Shown here in pieces: positions 9,960 to 22,675 of a DNA stretch of 64,000 nucleotides (the stretch's first letter is position 1; every line of letters begins with the position of its first letter). The stretch is from Frankiaceae bacterium (lineage in GTDB: Bacteria; Actinomycetota; Actinomycetes; JAFAQI01). The notes beneath the pieces were generated by a model. The model saw only the letters and a list, made by a program, of their open reading frames with translations, searched no databases and was not told where the DNA came from. The stretch lies in the NCBI GenBank assembly GCA_030840525.1, contig JAVEEI010000131.1:526-64525 (forward strand), written 5' to 3'. A program made the position numbers and the translations under genes.

Positions 9960-10537
9960 CCGCCGGACCGCCCACCGACCGCACTCTGCGCCTGCTCCCC
10001 GCGCCACCCACCGACCCGCCCTACGACGACGAGCTGGGTGCCGCCGCGCTCGTGGTGGACGGCGCGCTCGCGCTCGCGTTCCCGGCGCCGGCATCGTCGG
10101 TGCCGCTGCGCCTGGCTCCCCCGGCACTCGAAGAGGAGATGGAGGACCGGGCGACCCCGCGGACATTGCTGCCCGACCCTGTCCCGCTCGCCCACCGCTT
10201 CGCGCAAGCAGTCGTCGAGATCCTCGCCGGCGACCGCCCGGCCGCCCAGCTCAGCCGCTACGCGACCCTCGACGTGCTCGACCAGCTCGAGCGTTCCGTA
10301 CGGCGTGGACCGGCCCGCGCGGTCGCGATGGCCCGGCGACCGGTCGGTGGCGCGGCGGGGTCAGCGGGCGCGCTGGCCGCCCGGCCACGAGTGACCTCGG
10401 TGCACGTGAGCGAGCCGGCCGACGGGGTGGCCGAAGCATGCGCCGTGATCACCGCGGGGCCGCGCCGGCGCGCTCTCGCGTTCCGGCTCGAAGGCCTCGA
10501 CGGCCGGTGGCAGTGCACCGCACTGCACCCGGGCTGA
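9956..10537 (+). CDS. Conserved actinobacterial Ala/Arg/Pro-rich protein (Rv3235-like)
   Basis: ATGA overlap with the LysM gene. It sits next to secA on the opposite strand, as mycobacterial Rv3235 does. Confidence 0.5.
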   Translation: MTAGPPTDRTLRLLPAPPTDPPYDDELGAAALVVDGALALAFPAPASSVPLRLAPPALEEEMEDRATPRTLLPDPVPLAHRFAQAVVEILAGDRPAAQLSRYATLDVLDQLERSVRRGPARAVAMARRPVGGAAGSAGALAARPRVTSVHVSEPADGVAEACAVITAGPRRRALAFRLEGLDGRWQCTALHPG

Positions 10538-10559
10538 CATGCGGTGCCGAGGAGGCGTC

Positions 10560-13610
<3,051 letters not shown>

Positions 13611-13742
13611 GGTTGGCTCCCTGCTCGTCTAGTCGGTCTCGGCTGCTCGTCGGCTCGGCGTCGCGCACCGCCAAGGCACACATCGTAGGCGTGCTCGGGC
13701 CGGATTGGCCCGGCTGCGCGGGTGGCAGGCCATGATCGGCGA

Positions 13743-15245
13743 ATGTCGACGGCGCACCTCGACCTCGCCTTGCTGGCGGGCGCCGGGGTGCTGCTCGCCG
13801 CGGTCGCGGGGGTCAGGCTGTCGTCGCGGCTCGGCGTGCCCAGCCTGCTGCTGTACCTCGGTCTCGGCATCCTGCTGGGCGAGGACGTCATCGGCGTACG
13901 GTTCGACGACCCCGCGCTCGCCCGCAACATGGGGCTGGTCGCGCTTGCCCTGATCGTTGCCGAGGGCGGCCTCACCACCGAGTGGGCGGTCATCCGGCCG
14001 GTACTGCCGGCGGCCGTCGCGCTGTCGACGGTCGGGGTCGCGGTCAGCGTCGCCGTCATGGCCGCCGTCACCCATCTCGTCCTCGGCCTGCCTTGGCGGG
14101 CGGCCGTCGTGGCCGGCGCGGTCGTCTCGTCCACCGATGCGGCGGCGGTGTTCGCGACCCTGCGGTCGTTGCGGCTGCCGGCGCGGCTCGTCGGCGTCCT
14201 CGAGGCCGAGTCCGGGCTGAACGACGCCCCCGTCGTGATCCTCGCGACCTTGTTGTCGACCGGGCACTCCGGCGCCGGCAATGTCGCGGCGCACGTCGGC
14301 TACGAGCTGGCCGTCGGGGCCGGCATCGGTGTCGCGGCCGGGGTTCTCGGCGCCTCGGGGCTGCGGCGGGCGGCGCTACCGGCGGTCGGGCTATACCCGA
14401 TCGCGACGCTCGGCGTGGCGATCGCGTCGTACGCCGCGGCCGCGAGCGCGGCGGCGAGCGGGTTCCTCGCGGTTTATGTGACCGCGCTCATCCTCGGCAA
14501 CGCCACCCTGCCGCACCGGCGGGCGACGCTCGGGTTCGCGAACGGGGTCGCTTGGTTGGCGCAGATCGGGTTGTTCGTCATGCTCGGGCTGCTGGTCACG
14601 CCGAGCCGGCTCGGGTCGGCGCTGCTGCCGGCGCTCGCGATCGGGGCGGCCCTGCTCGTGGTCGCGCGACCGCTGTCGGTCGCAGCGAGCACTGTCGGGT
14701 TCCGGTTCGGCTGGAGGCCGCAGGTGCTCGTCGCGCTCGCCGGGCTGCGCGGCGCGGCGCCGATCGTGCTCGCGACGATTCCGCTGTCGGCGCACGTGAG
14801 CGGAGCGCGCCGGCTCTTCGACGTCGTGTTCGTGCTCGTCGCGGCGTTGACGTTGCTGCAGTCGCCATTGCTCGCGCCGGCGGCCCGGCGGCTGCGGCTC
14901 GTCGACGACGACGCCGGTCGCGACCTCGACGTCGAGGCAGCGCCGCTGGACCGGATGCTCGCCGACCTCGTGACGGTGACGATCGGCTCCCGGTCGAAGC
15001 TGCACGGCGTCGAGGTCTGGGAGCTGCGCTTGCCGCCGACGGCGGCGGTCGCGTTCGTGGTCCGCGCGGGCGAGGGCTTCGTGCCGGACCGGCGTACGAC
15101 GCTGCGTCATGGCGACGACCTGCTCGTCGTGGTCGCCCGCGCGGAGCGGGCCGCGGTCGAGCAGCGACTGCGTGCGGTGGCGCGCGACGGCCGGCTCGCG
15201 CCGTTGCCTGCCGCTGCCGCCGCACCCCGGCCGCGGCGACGGTGA
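13743..15245 (+). CDS. K+/H+ (cation/proton) antiporter, CPA1/NhaP2 family, with C-terminal TrkA-C-like domain
   Basis: Multi-TM N-terminal domain (GLGILLGEDVIGVRFDDP..., LEAESGLNDAPVVILATLL) and a regulatory C-terminus. A GTG at 13722 is an alternative start. Confidence 0.8.
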   Translation: MSTAHLDLALLAGAGVLLAAVAGVRLSSRLGVPSLLLYLGLGILLGEDVIGVRFDDPALARNMGLVALALIVAEGGLTTEWAVIRPVLPAAVALSTVGVAVSVAVMAAVTHLVLGLPWRAAVVAGAVVSSTDAAAVFATLRSLRLPARLVGVLEAESGLNDAPVVILATLLSTGHSGAGNVAAHVGYELAVGAGIGVAAGVLGASGLRRAALPAVGLYPIATLGVAIASYAAAASAAASGFLAVYVTALILGNATLPHRRATLGFANGVAWLAQIGLFVMLGLLVTPSRLGSALLPALAIGAALLVVARPLSVAASTVGFRFGWRPQVLVALAGLRGAAPIVLATIPLSAHVSGARRLFDVVFVLVAALTLLQSPLLAPAARRLRLVDDDAGRDLDVEAAPLDRMLADLVTVTIGSRSKLHGVEVWELRLPPTAAVAFVVRAGEGFVPDRRTTLRHGDDLLVVVARAERAAVEQRLRAVARDGRLAPLPAAAAAPRPRRR

Positions 15246-15261
15246 CGCCACCGGCAAATGG

Positions 15262-15480
15262 GTGACGTGCGCGACGGGCGCATCGGCACCCGTCGGCGGC
15301 ATCGCACGCGGGTGGACGCGACGCGCGACGGACGCATCGGCAAGTTGGCGGCATCGCGCGCGGGTGGACGCGGCGCGCGACGGACGCATCGGCAAGTTGG
15401 CGGCATGCCACGCGGGTGGCGCGCGCGACACACGCGCCGGCACCGTTGGCGCCATGGGCACGCGGGTGGGGTGCGCGCCG
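15262..15480. repeat. Intergenic tandem repeat, about 52-bp unit, two near-identical copies (15298-15349, 15350-15401) flanked by degenerate partial copies
   Basis: Unit ggcatcgc[a/g]cgcgggtggacgc[g/a][a/g]cgcgcgacggacgcatcggcaagttggc seen directly. It lies between the antiporter stop and the next gene's start. Confidence 0.7.
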
Positions 15481-15602
15481 CGGGCGGCGCAGCGGCCAGT
15501 TACAGGTTCGCCCTACGAGGCGCACCCGCTGTCGCCCGCCGAGGCGCACCCACCCGCGCTTGTGCGACGTGCGCGCCGGCGGCGGTCGCCGGCCCGGGCG
15601 CG

Positions 15603-16403
15603 ATGGAGCGCGGGTGCCGCCGCAGGGGTCGCCGGAATGGCGGGCCGGGCGGGCCGGTTGGCCCCATCGTGACGTCGTCTCGCGGGCCGGTCCGCGTTGT
15701 ACCGACACTCCCCTGGTCGGCAACGTCGCGGTGGCGGCCACGGCCGTCCTCGCTGCCCGTACTGCTTGTCGGCCTATGGATCTTCGGTACCGGCGAGGCG
15801 CTGCTGGTCGCATCCCGGTGGGGGAACACGCCGTGGACGGTGCTGGCCGAAGGGGTCAGCCGGCACAGCCCGCTGTCGATCGGCGGGGCCACGCTCGTGA
15901 TCAGCGCCGTGGTGCTGCTCGGCTGGATTCCGCTGCGCGAGCGACCGGGGCTGGGGACCGTGGCGAACGCCGTGGTCATCGCGGTCGCGATCGACGTCGT
16001 ACTCGACGTGCTGCCGCGCCAGCACCACCCGCTCGGGCAGGCCGGCTTCGTCGTAGCCGGCATCGCCGCGATCGGGATCGGCAGCGCGCTCTACCTCACC
16101 GCCGCGCTCGGGCCGGGGCCGCGCGACGGCTGGATGACCGGCCTGGCCCGCCGGTTCGACCTGCCGCTCGCCTGGGTACGGCTTGGCCTCGAACTCACGG
16201 TTATGGTCGCCGGGCTGGTGCTCGGCGGGCGGGCCGGCGTCGGTACGGCGGCGTTCGCGCTGACCATCGGGTACGCCGTGACCACGACGATGTGGCTGCT
16301 CGACGCAGCGGCAGGGACTCCGGGGCGCCGACGACGGCGACCGGCGGGCGAGGCAGCCAGCGAGACGGCCGGAGCCACCGCGAGCTCGGTAACCGCTCGC
16401 TAG
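15603..16403 (+). CDS. YczE/YitT-like integral membrane protein
   Basis: Four or more hydrophobic helices (LPVLLVGLWIFGTGEALLV; ATLVISAVVLLGWIPL; GIAAIGIGSALYLTAALG). The ATG at 15603 is the first in-frame ATG downstream of the repeat, and the start is uncertain. Confidence 0.5.
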   Translation: MERGCRRRGRRNGGPGGPVGPIVTSSRGPVRVVPTLPWSATSRWRPRPSSLPVLLVGLWIFGTGEALLVASRWGNTPWTVLAEGVSRHSPLSIGGATLVISAVVLLGWIPLRERPGLGTVANAVVIAVAIDVVLDVLPRQHHPLGQAGFVVAGIAAIGIGSALYLTAALGPGPRDGWMTGLARRFDLPLAWVRLGLELTVMVAGLVLGGRAGVGTAAFALTIGYAVTTTMWLLDAAAGTPGRRRRRPAGEAASETAGATASSVTAR

Positions 16404-17119
16404 GTGATCTCGAGCAGCTTCTCGCGTACCGCGTAGACGACGGCTTCCATCCGCGAGTGCAGCTGGAGCTTCTCCAGGATGTTGCGGATGTGGTTCTTGA
16501 CCGTGTTCTCGCTGATGAACAACTGCTTGGCGATGTCGCGGTTGTTGAGGCCTTTGGCGACCAGCCGCAGCACCTCCATCTCGCGGTCGGTGAGCCGCGG
16601 CGCCGGCACCTGCTGCCGCTCGTCGCCGCGCTTGATCATCGTCGCGAACTCGTTGAGCAGCTTCGAGGCCATCGACGGCGAGATGAGCGACTGCCCGCCG
16701 TGCACGGCCCGGATCGCCGCGGCGACCTCTTCGACCGGGATCTCCTTGAGCAGGTAGCCCATCGCGCCGGCCTTGATCGCGTCGTAGAGGTCGGCCTCCT
16801 CGTCGCTGATCGTGAGCATGATGATCTTGACGCTCGGGACCGCGTCCTTGATCGCCGTGCAGGCGTCGATGCCGCCCCGCTTCGGCATCCGCACGTCCAT
16901 CAGCACGATGTCGGGGGTCGTCTCGACCGTCTTCTGCACCGCTTCGGCCCCGTCTTCGGCCTCGCCGACGACGTCGATGTCGGGCTCCTGCTCGAGGACC
17001 ATCTCCAGGCCGCGCCGGAACAGCGCGTGGTCGTCGACGACGAGCACGCGGATCGGCTCGCCGCTCACAGCGGCGCTGGGCGCGACGCTTTCGGGCGTCT
17101 CGGTCACTCGTTCTCCCAC
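16400..17119 (-). CDS. Two-component response regulator, NarL/LuxR family (REC + LuxR HTH)
   Basis: IRVLVVDDHALFRRGLEMVL receiver domain with D...MDVRMP, and a C-terminal LuxR HTH (LTDREMEVLRLVAKGLNNRDIAKQLFISENTVKNHIRNIL). GTG start; an internal start 5-19 codons downstream is possible. Confidence 0.85.
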   Translation of the reverse strand: MGERVTETPESVAPSAAVSGEPIRVLVVDDHALFRRGLEMVLEQEPDIDVVGEAEDGAEAVQKTVETTPDIVLMDVRMPKRGGIDACTAIKDAVPSVKIIMLTISDEEADLYDAIKAGAMGYLLKEIPVEEVAAAIRAVHGGQSLISPSMASKLLNEFATMIKRGDERQQVPAPRLTDREMEVLRLVAKGLNNRDIAKQLFISENTVKNHIRNILEKLQLHSRMEAVVYAVREKLLEIT

Positions 17120-17179
17120 GGTTGGGGGCCTGCCGCGCTCATGATGACACGCGCAGCCACGCCGGACGGGCCAGACGCG

Positions 17180-17800
17180 CTATTCGCCCACCACCGCGTC
17201 CAGGTCAGTCGTGACCAGGCGGATGACTCCATAGTCGTAGCCCCGGCGCCGGTAGACGACGCTGGGCAGGCCCTGCTCGGCGTCGACGAAGAGGTAGAAG
17301 TCGTGCCCGACCAGCTCCATCTCGAGCAGCGCCTGGTCGAGCGTCATCGGCGGCGCCGTGTGCTGCTTCTCCCGCACCAGCAGCCCCGGGTCCTCCTCCA
17401 CCGCCTCGTCGGCCGGCCCGTCACCGTTGACCGACGGAGACGGGGCGGCAAGGGTCGCCGTCGCGGCGGCCACCGACACCGGCGTGCGGATGCCGTGGTG
17501 GATGCGTCGCCGGTCGGCCGCCTTGCGCAACCGGCCCTCGAGCCGGGCCGAGGCGAGATCGAGCGCGGCGTACGGGTCGCCGGCCGCCGCCTCCGCGCGC
17601 ACCACCGGGCCGCGGGTGCGGCAGGTGAGCTCGACCCGCGACCGCTGGTCGGCGAGCCGCGGGTTGTGCTCCTCGCAGACCTCGACGTCGATGCGGCTGA
17701 CCTTCGCATCGAGCTTCGCGAGCTTGCTGAGCTTCTCTTCGGCGTGCCCGCGGAACCTCTCCGCTACCTCGGTGTGCCGGCCCTTTACGACGATGTCCAC
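17180..17800 (-). CDS. hpf: Ribosome hibernation-promoting factor, long form (HPF)
   Basis: MDIVVKGRHTEVAERFRGHAEEKLSKL N-terminal S30AE domain plus a C-terminal dimerisation domain (HDFYLFVDAEQG...VVYRRRGYDYGVIRLV). Confidence 0.9.
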   Translation of the reverse strand: MDIVVKGRHTEVAERFRGHAEEKLSKLAKLDAKVSRIDVEVCEEHNPRLADQRSRVELTCRTRGPVVRAEAAAGDPYAALDLASARLEGRLRKAADRRRIHHGIRTPVSVAAATATLAAPSPSVNGDGPADEAVEEDPGLLVREKQHTAPPMTLDQALLEMELVGHDFYLFVDAEQGLPSVVYRRRGYDYGVIRLVTTDLDAVVGE

Positions 17801-17833
17801 TCGGGTGCCTCCTCGAGACGGCGGCTGTCCTCC

Positions 17834-18574
17834 TCAGCACCGTAATCCCCACCCGCGCTGTTGTGCAGCCGGACTGCCCAACCCCGCCGCCGCAACGCCC
17901 GGCGCGTGCGCCCGCCGGGTCGTCGCCGCGATGGTCGCGGCGGCCAGCACCGTCGCCGACGCCGCGCGCAGCACCCGCGCCGACTCGGCGAGACTGACCC
18001 CCGTCGTGACGAGGTCGTCGACGAGCACGACCGTCCGACCGGCCACCAGCGGGCCGGCGCCGCGGCGCACGGCGAGGGCGCCCACCACGTTGGCCACCCG
18101 GGCGTGCGCGCCGAGACCGGCCGAGTCGGCGACCGCGCGCACGTGCCGCAGCGCGCGCACGAGCTGAACCCGGTGGCCCAGCGCCCGCAGCTCCCGCACC
18201 GCCCGGGCCGCGATCTCGACGACGACGTCGGCGCCGCGCCGGCGGCACTGCCGCCCCGACGACGGCACCGGCACGACGACGACGGCCCCGGCGCCCGGAC
18301 CCCGCGCCAGCAGCAGCGAACGGGCCAAGGCCCCGCCGAGCGGGCGAGCGAGGCCGGAGACGCCGTGCTCCTTGTAACCGATGAGCAGGCCGCGCACCGG
18401 TCCGCCGTACGCCGCGACCGTCGCAACCGGAGGCAGGCCGGCGGGGCACGGGTCGGGCCGAGTCCACCGGGCCGGGCCGGACAGCGCGCGCAGGCAGCCC
18501 GGGCAGCCCGGGCCGGCCGGGTCTCCGCAGCCGGCGCAACGAGCCGGCAGCACCAGGTCGAGCAGTGCGCGCAT
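17834..18574 (-). CDS. ComF family phosphoribosyltransferase-domain protein
   Basis: N-terminal CxxC...CxxC zinc finger (PARCAGCGDPAGPGCPGC) and a C-terminal PRTase motif (VVLVDDLVTTGVSL). Confidence 0.75.
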   Translation of the reverse strand: MRALLDLVLPARCAGCGDPAGPGCPGCLRALSGPARWTRPDPCPAGLPPVATVAAYGGPVRGLLIGYKEHGVSGLARPLGGALARSLLLARGPGAGAVVVVPVPSSGRQCRRRGADVVVEIAARAVRELRALGHRVQLVRALRHVRAVADSAGLGAHARVANVVGALAVRRGAGPLVAGRTVVLVDDLVTTGVSLAESARVLRAASATVLAAATIAATTRRAHAPGVAAAGLGSPAAQQRGWGLRC

Positions 18575-18662
18575 GGCTACGACGATGCCGCCGCAGCCCG
18601 CGGACCACCGCCGAAAGACACATACCTGTGGACGCAGCGGCGTACGACCGCGACCTGTGGAC

Positions 18663-20354
18663 TCAGCCCGGGTATGCCGCCGCCGACCCGCGGCCCACCT
18701 GGTGCCAGCCGCCGCTCTCCGACCACAGCGTGCCGGCGGCGGTCGTCACCAGCAGCGCCCGGCCCGGCGCCGCGGCGACGTCGACCGGCTGCCCGTGCAG
18801 GCCGTCGATGCTGACCGAGCGGTCGGCGTACCCGTCGACGTCCGTGGCGAGGAGACCACGGGTCGTGCGTCCGGAGCGCACTGTCGCGATCACGTCGCCG
18901 GCGTCGAGCCACGAGACGCCGCGTACGTCCGGGGCGGCCGGCAGCACGTTGCGGAACCCGGCGAGCACCGGACCAGTCCGGCCGGGCTGCACCCGGCCGA
19001 CGAGTAGCCGGCCGCCGGTGACGGCCGCCACCCGCGCGCCGTCCCGCGACAGCTTCAGCGCCGTGACGGCACCGACCGCAAGGCCGCCGTCGACCGTCAC
19101 CGGCCGGACCGCGCCGGACCGCAGCACCGCCATCACCTTGCGGCCGGCCGGACCGGTCGTGACCGTGAGCACGTCGCCGTCTGCATCGACGGTCGGCGCT
19201 GTCATCGTGCGCGCGGTCAGCCGGTCGAACAGCGCACCGCCGACCGGCCCGGTCGCGAGCACCATGCCGACGCGCACGCGGCGGACGACCGCGACGACGT
19301 CGGACGTCGTCGACTCGACGACCGCGACGACGTCACGCCGGCCGCTGAGGGTCGCCGCCGAGCCGTTGACGGCGTGCACCTGCCCATCCGCGACGAACAG
19401 CGAGGGCCCGGACACGACGGCGGCCGGGTCGTACGCCGGCCACGCGCTCACGGCCTGCGTCGCGCCGACGCCCGGCAGCGACAACGAGGCGCCGTCGACG
19501 AGCAGCCGCACCGACAGGATGTCGGGGACCTGGTGCAGGGTCCACACGACCGCCGCCGACAGCCGGGCCATCTGCTCGGGGGTCGCCTGCCGCGCGGCCG
19601 GGCTCAGGTTGACGTCGGCGACGCCATCGACCACGGGGACGTTGCCGATCAGCGTCGTACCCGACGGTGCCACCCGGCTGACCGCCGGAGCGAGCCAGCG
19701 ACCCGGCCCGGCGAGCAACGTGCGCATCAGCGCCGTCGCAAAACCGGCCTGCGTCGTGCGCACGAACGTCTGCTCGGGCACCAGCGCCGACCCGGAACGG
19801 TTCGGGTAGTAGACCCGCGCCAGCCGGACGAATCGCTGCGCGTCGAGCGTCGACAGCAGTACGCCGGCCGGCACCCGGTCGATGCGCCACTGCCCGTCGC
19901 CGCGGAGGAGACCAAGCGTCGTGTCGATCGCGCCGCGGGTCGGGTCGAAGTCACCGCGTTCGTCGACCGCACCGGTGCGCACCGCGCGCAGCCGCACCAA
20001 CCGGACCGCGCCCGTCCCCGACAGTCCGACGTGCATCCCGTCGTACATCGTGATCGAACGGGTCGGGTCCCAGCCGCGGGCCGCGGCGGACGAGAGGTAC
20101 GAACGCGCGATCGCGTAGTCGCCGTCGCCGTTGACGACGGCGCGCAGGAAGCCGGCGACGATCTCGTCCGGCGTCATGCCGGACCGCCAAGGCGGCGGCA
20201 ACGCCTTGACGTCGAAGTCGAACGCGTCGTCCGCGCCGCCGACCGCGGGTAGTTGCCGGCCGAGGTGCACACCGCCGCCGTCGGGTACGCCGCCACAGCC
20301 GGTCACCACGACGGCGGCGAGCAGCGCGAGCGTGCGCCGGAGCCGGTCAGACAC
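18663..20354 (-). CDS. lpqB: Lipoprotein LpqB (MtrAB-associated)
   Basis: GTG start with a lipobox (LLAAVVVTGCGG). It overlaps the mtrB stop by 8 nt, as is typical for mtrB-lpqB. Gene order is conserved. Confidence 0.8.
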   Translation of the reverse strand: MSDRLRRTLALLAAVVVTGCGGVPDGGGVHLGRQLPAVGGADDAFDFDVKALPPPWRSGMTPDEIVAGFLRAVVNGDGDYAIARSYLSSAAARGWDPTRSITMYDGMHVGLSGTGAVRLVRLRAVRTGAVDERGDFDPTRGAIDTTLGLLRGDGQWRIDRVPAGVLLSTLDAQRFVRLARVYYPNRSGSALVPEQTFVRTTQAGFATALMRTLLAGPGRWLAPAVSRVAPSGTTLIGNVPVVDGVADVNLSPAARQATPEQMARLSAAVVWTLHQVPDILSVRLLVDGASLSLPGVGATQAVSAWPAYDPAAVVSGPSLFVADGQVHAVNGSAATLSGRRDVVAVVESTTSDVVAVVRRVRVGMVLATGPVGGALFDRLTARTMTAPTVDADGDVLTVTTGPAGRKVMAVLRSGAVRPVTVDGGLAVGAVTALKLSRDGARVAAVTGGRLLVGRVQPGRTGPVLAGFRNVLPAAPDVRGVSWLDAGDVIATVRSGRTTRGLLATDVDGYADRSVSIDGLHGQPVDVAAAPGRALLVTTAAGTLWSESGGWHQVGRGSAAAYPG

Positions 20355-21922
20355 CGCTCGCCTCCGGCCGCGGCTCCGGTACGTCGACCTGCTCCGCGGG
20401 CCCGAGCGACAGCGGCGGCTCGCCGATGTCGTCACCGGCCCGCCACGGCAACGTCAGCCGGAACACCGAGCCCGCGCCGACCTCGCCCCACGCCTGCAAC
20501 CACCCGCCGTGCAGCCGCGCGTCTTCGAGCGCGATCGACAGCCCGAGCCCGGTGCCGCCGGACGTGCGCGCACGGGCCGGGTCGGCCCGCCAGAAACGAC
20601 CGAATACCAACGACGTCTCGCCCGGGCGGAGGCCACGGCCGCGGTCGCGCACGGTCACGCAGACGCCGCCGTCGCCGCCGCGAAGGCACACCTCGACCGG
20701 CTGCCCGTCGCCGTGCTCGACGGCGTTGACCAGCAGGTTGCGCAGCACGCGGTCGATCCGGCGCGCGTCGACCTCGACGATCACCGGCTCGTCCGGGAGG
20801 TCGAGTACGAGCGAGCAGTCCCGACGCTCGGCGATCGGCGTCGCGGCAGCGGCCGCCCGGTTGACGAGCGAACGAAGGTCGACCGACTCGGCGTCGAGGA
20901 CGACCGCGCCGGCGTCGTGCCGGCTGATCTCGAGCAGGTCGGCGAGCAACGCCTCGAACCGGTCGAGCTCGTTCTGCAGCAGCTCGGCCGAGCGGGCGAG
21001 CTCCGGCGTCATCTTGGTGCGCGACTCGTGCAGCACGTCGGCGGCCATCCGGATCGTCGTGATCGGCGTGCGCAGCTCGTGCGACACGTCGGCGACGAAC
21101 CGGCGTTGCACGCGCGACAGCTCGCGCAGCTGCGAGATCTGCTTCTCGACGGTCTCCGCCATCCGGTTGAACGACGACGCGAGGCTCGCGAGGTCGTCCT
21201 CGCCGCGGACGTACATCCGGTCGCGCAACCGACCGGCCGCAAGCCGTTCCGCGGTCGCCGCGGCATGCCGCACCGGGCGGACGACCTGGCGCGTGACCAC
21301 CGCGGTGATCACGACGAGCAGCAGCACGATGAGAAGCCCGGACAGCAGCATCGTCCGCTCGACGAGGTAGAGCGTCTGCTGCTCCTGCGCGAGCGGGAAC
21401 AGGTAGTAGAGCTGGTAGCCAGCGGTGCTGCTCGCGACTGTGCCGCCGACGACGAGCACCGGCCGGTGACCGGGCGACAGAGCCGTGTACGCCCACGCCT
21501 CGCGGTTGTACCGGGTCACGGCCTGCCGCAACGCCGCCGGCACCGTCGCCGGCTGGAACTCGCTCGCGGTCGTCTCCGACTCGTCGTTCGGGTCGGTCGC
21601 CAGCAGCAGGACGTCGTACGAGTCGGACGTCGTACTGCGGTCGCGCAGCTCGCTGATGATGACGCTCGCCGTCCGGCTCGCACTCGCGGCGTCCGCGGTC
21701 TCGACGGCGGAGAGCTGGTCGGTCGCGCGTTGCAGGCCGAAGTCGAGCTGCGACAGCGACGACCGTTGCTTCGCGTCGAGTACGCCGTTGCGGATCTGCT
21801 GCAGCAGCAGGATGCCGAGCAGCAGCACGACCAGGCCCGACAGCAGGAACGTCGTGACCGCGACCCGGGTCTGCAGCGATCCCCGCCAGCGGTGCAGCAC
21901 CCGCGCGCCGAGCTCGCCGATC
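20347..21922 (-). CDS. mtrB: Sensor histidine kinase MtrB
   Basis: ATG (MIGELGARVL) at 21922 overlaps the mtrA stop. Two TM helices, a HAMP domain, an H-box (ADVSHELRTPITTI) and an ATPase G-boxes (GTGLGLSIA). Confidence 0.85.
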
Positions 21923-22602
21923 ATGGCGGTCCGGCTTTGTAGCCGACCCCCCGTACGGTCACGACGATCTCGGGGCGCTCGGGGTCGCGTTCGATCTTCG
22001 CCCGCAGCCGCTGCACGTGCACGTTGACGAGCCGGGTGTCGGCCGCGTGCCGGTAGCCCCACACCTGCTCGAGCAGGTGCTCGCGGGTGAACACGTGGCC
22101 GGGCTTGCGGGCGAGTGCCGTCAGCAGGTCGAACTCCAGCGGTGTCAGGCTGATCGCCTTGCCGTCGCGCGACACGACGTGACCCGCGGTGTCGATGACG
22201 AGGTCGGCGATCTCGACGACCTCGTTGGTCGGGACCTCGTTGCGCCGCAGTCGCGCGCGCATCCGCGCGACGAGCTCCTTCGGCTTGAACGGCTTGACGA
22301 TGTAGTCGTCGGCGCCGGACTCGAGGCCGAGGACGACGTCGACCGTGTCGCCGCGCGCGGTGAGCATGACGATCGGCGTACCGCTCTCCGCGCGGATCTG
22401 CCGGCATACGTCGATGCCGTCGGTGCCCGGCAGCATCAGGTCGAGCAGGACGAGATCCGGCTTGGTCGCCCGGAACGCGGCCAGCGCGCGGTCGCCGTCG
22501 GCGACGAACGACGGCTCGAAGCCCTCGGTGCGCAAGACGATGCCCAGCATCTCGGCGAGAGCCGGGTCGTCGTCGACGACGAGCACGCGTCCTTTGGCCA
22601 CG
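21921..22602 (-). CDS. mtrA: Response regulator MtrA (OmpR family)
   Basis: RVLVVDDDPALAEMLGIVLRTEGF receiver domain and a winged-helix C-terminus (VHVQRLRAKIE...VTVRGVGYKA). GTG at 22602. Confidence 0.9.
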
Positions 22603-22675
22603 CATCCATCGTCGCATCCGTCGCGCGTTTCGCGCGGTCGTCTGCCAGGATGGCCCGCGCGAGAGGAGGTACCCG

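Noticed and set aside
15298-15401. Possible CRISPR array (52-bp direct repeats)
   Set aside because: The units are contiguous, with no unique spacers between them. There are only two full copies and no cas genes nearby. It is better described as a minisatellite.
15258-15602. ORF-track N-terminal extension (MGDVRDGRIG...) of the YczE-like gene
   Set aside because: It is a translation of the 52-bp tandem repeat (RIGKLAA repeats). It has no RBS and is not credible as protein.
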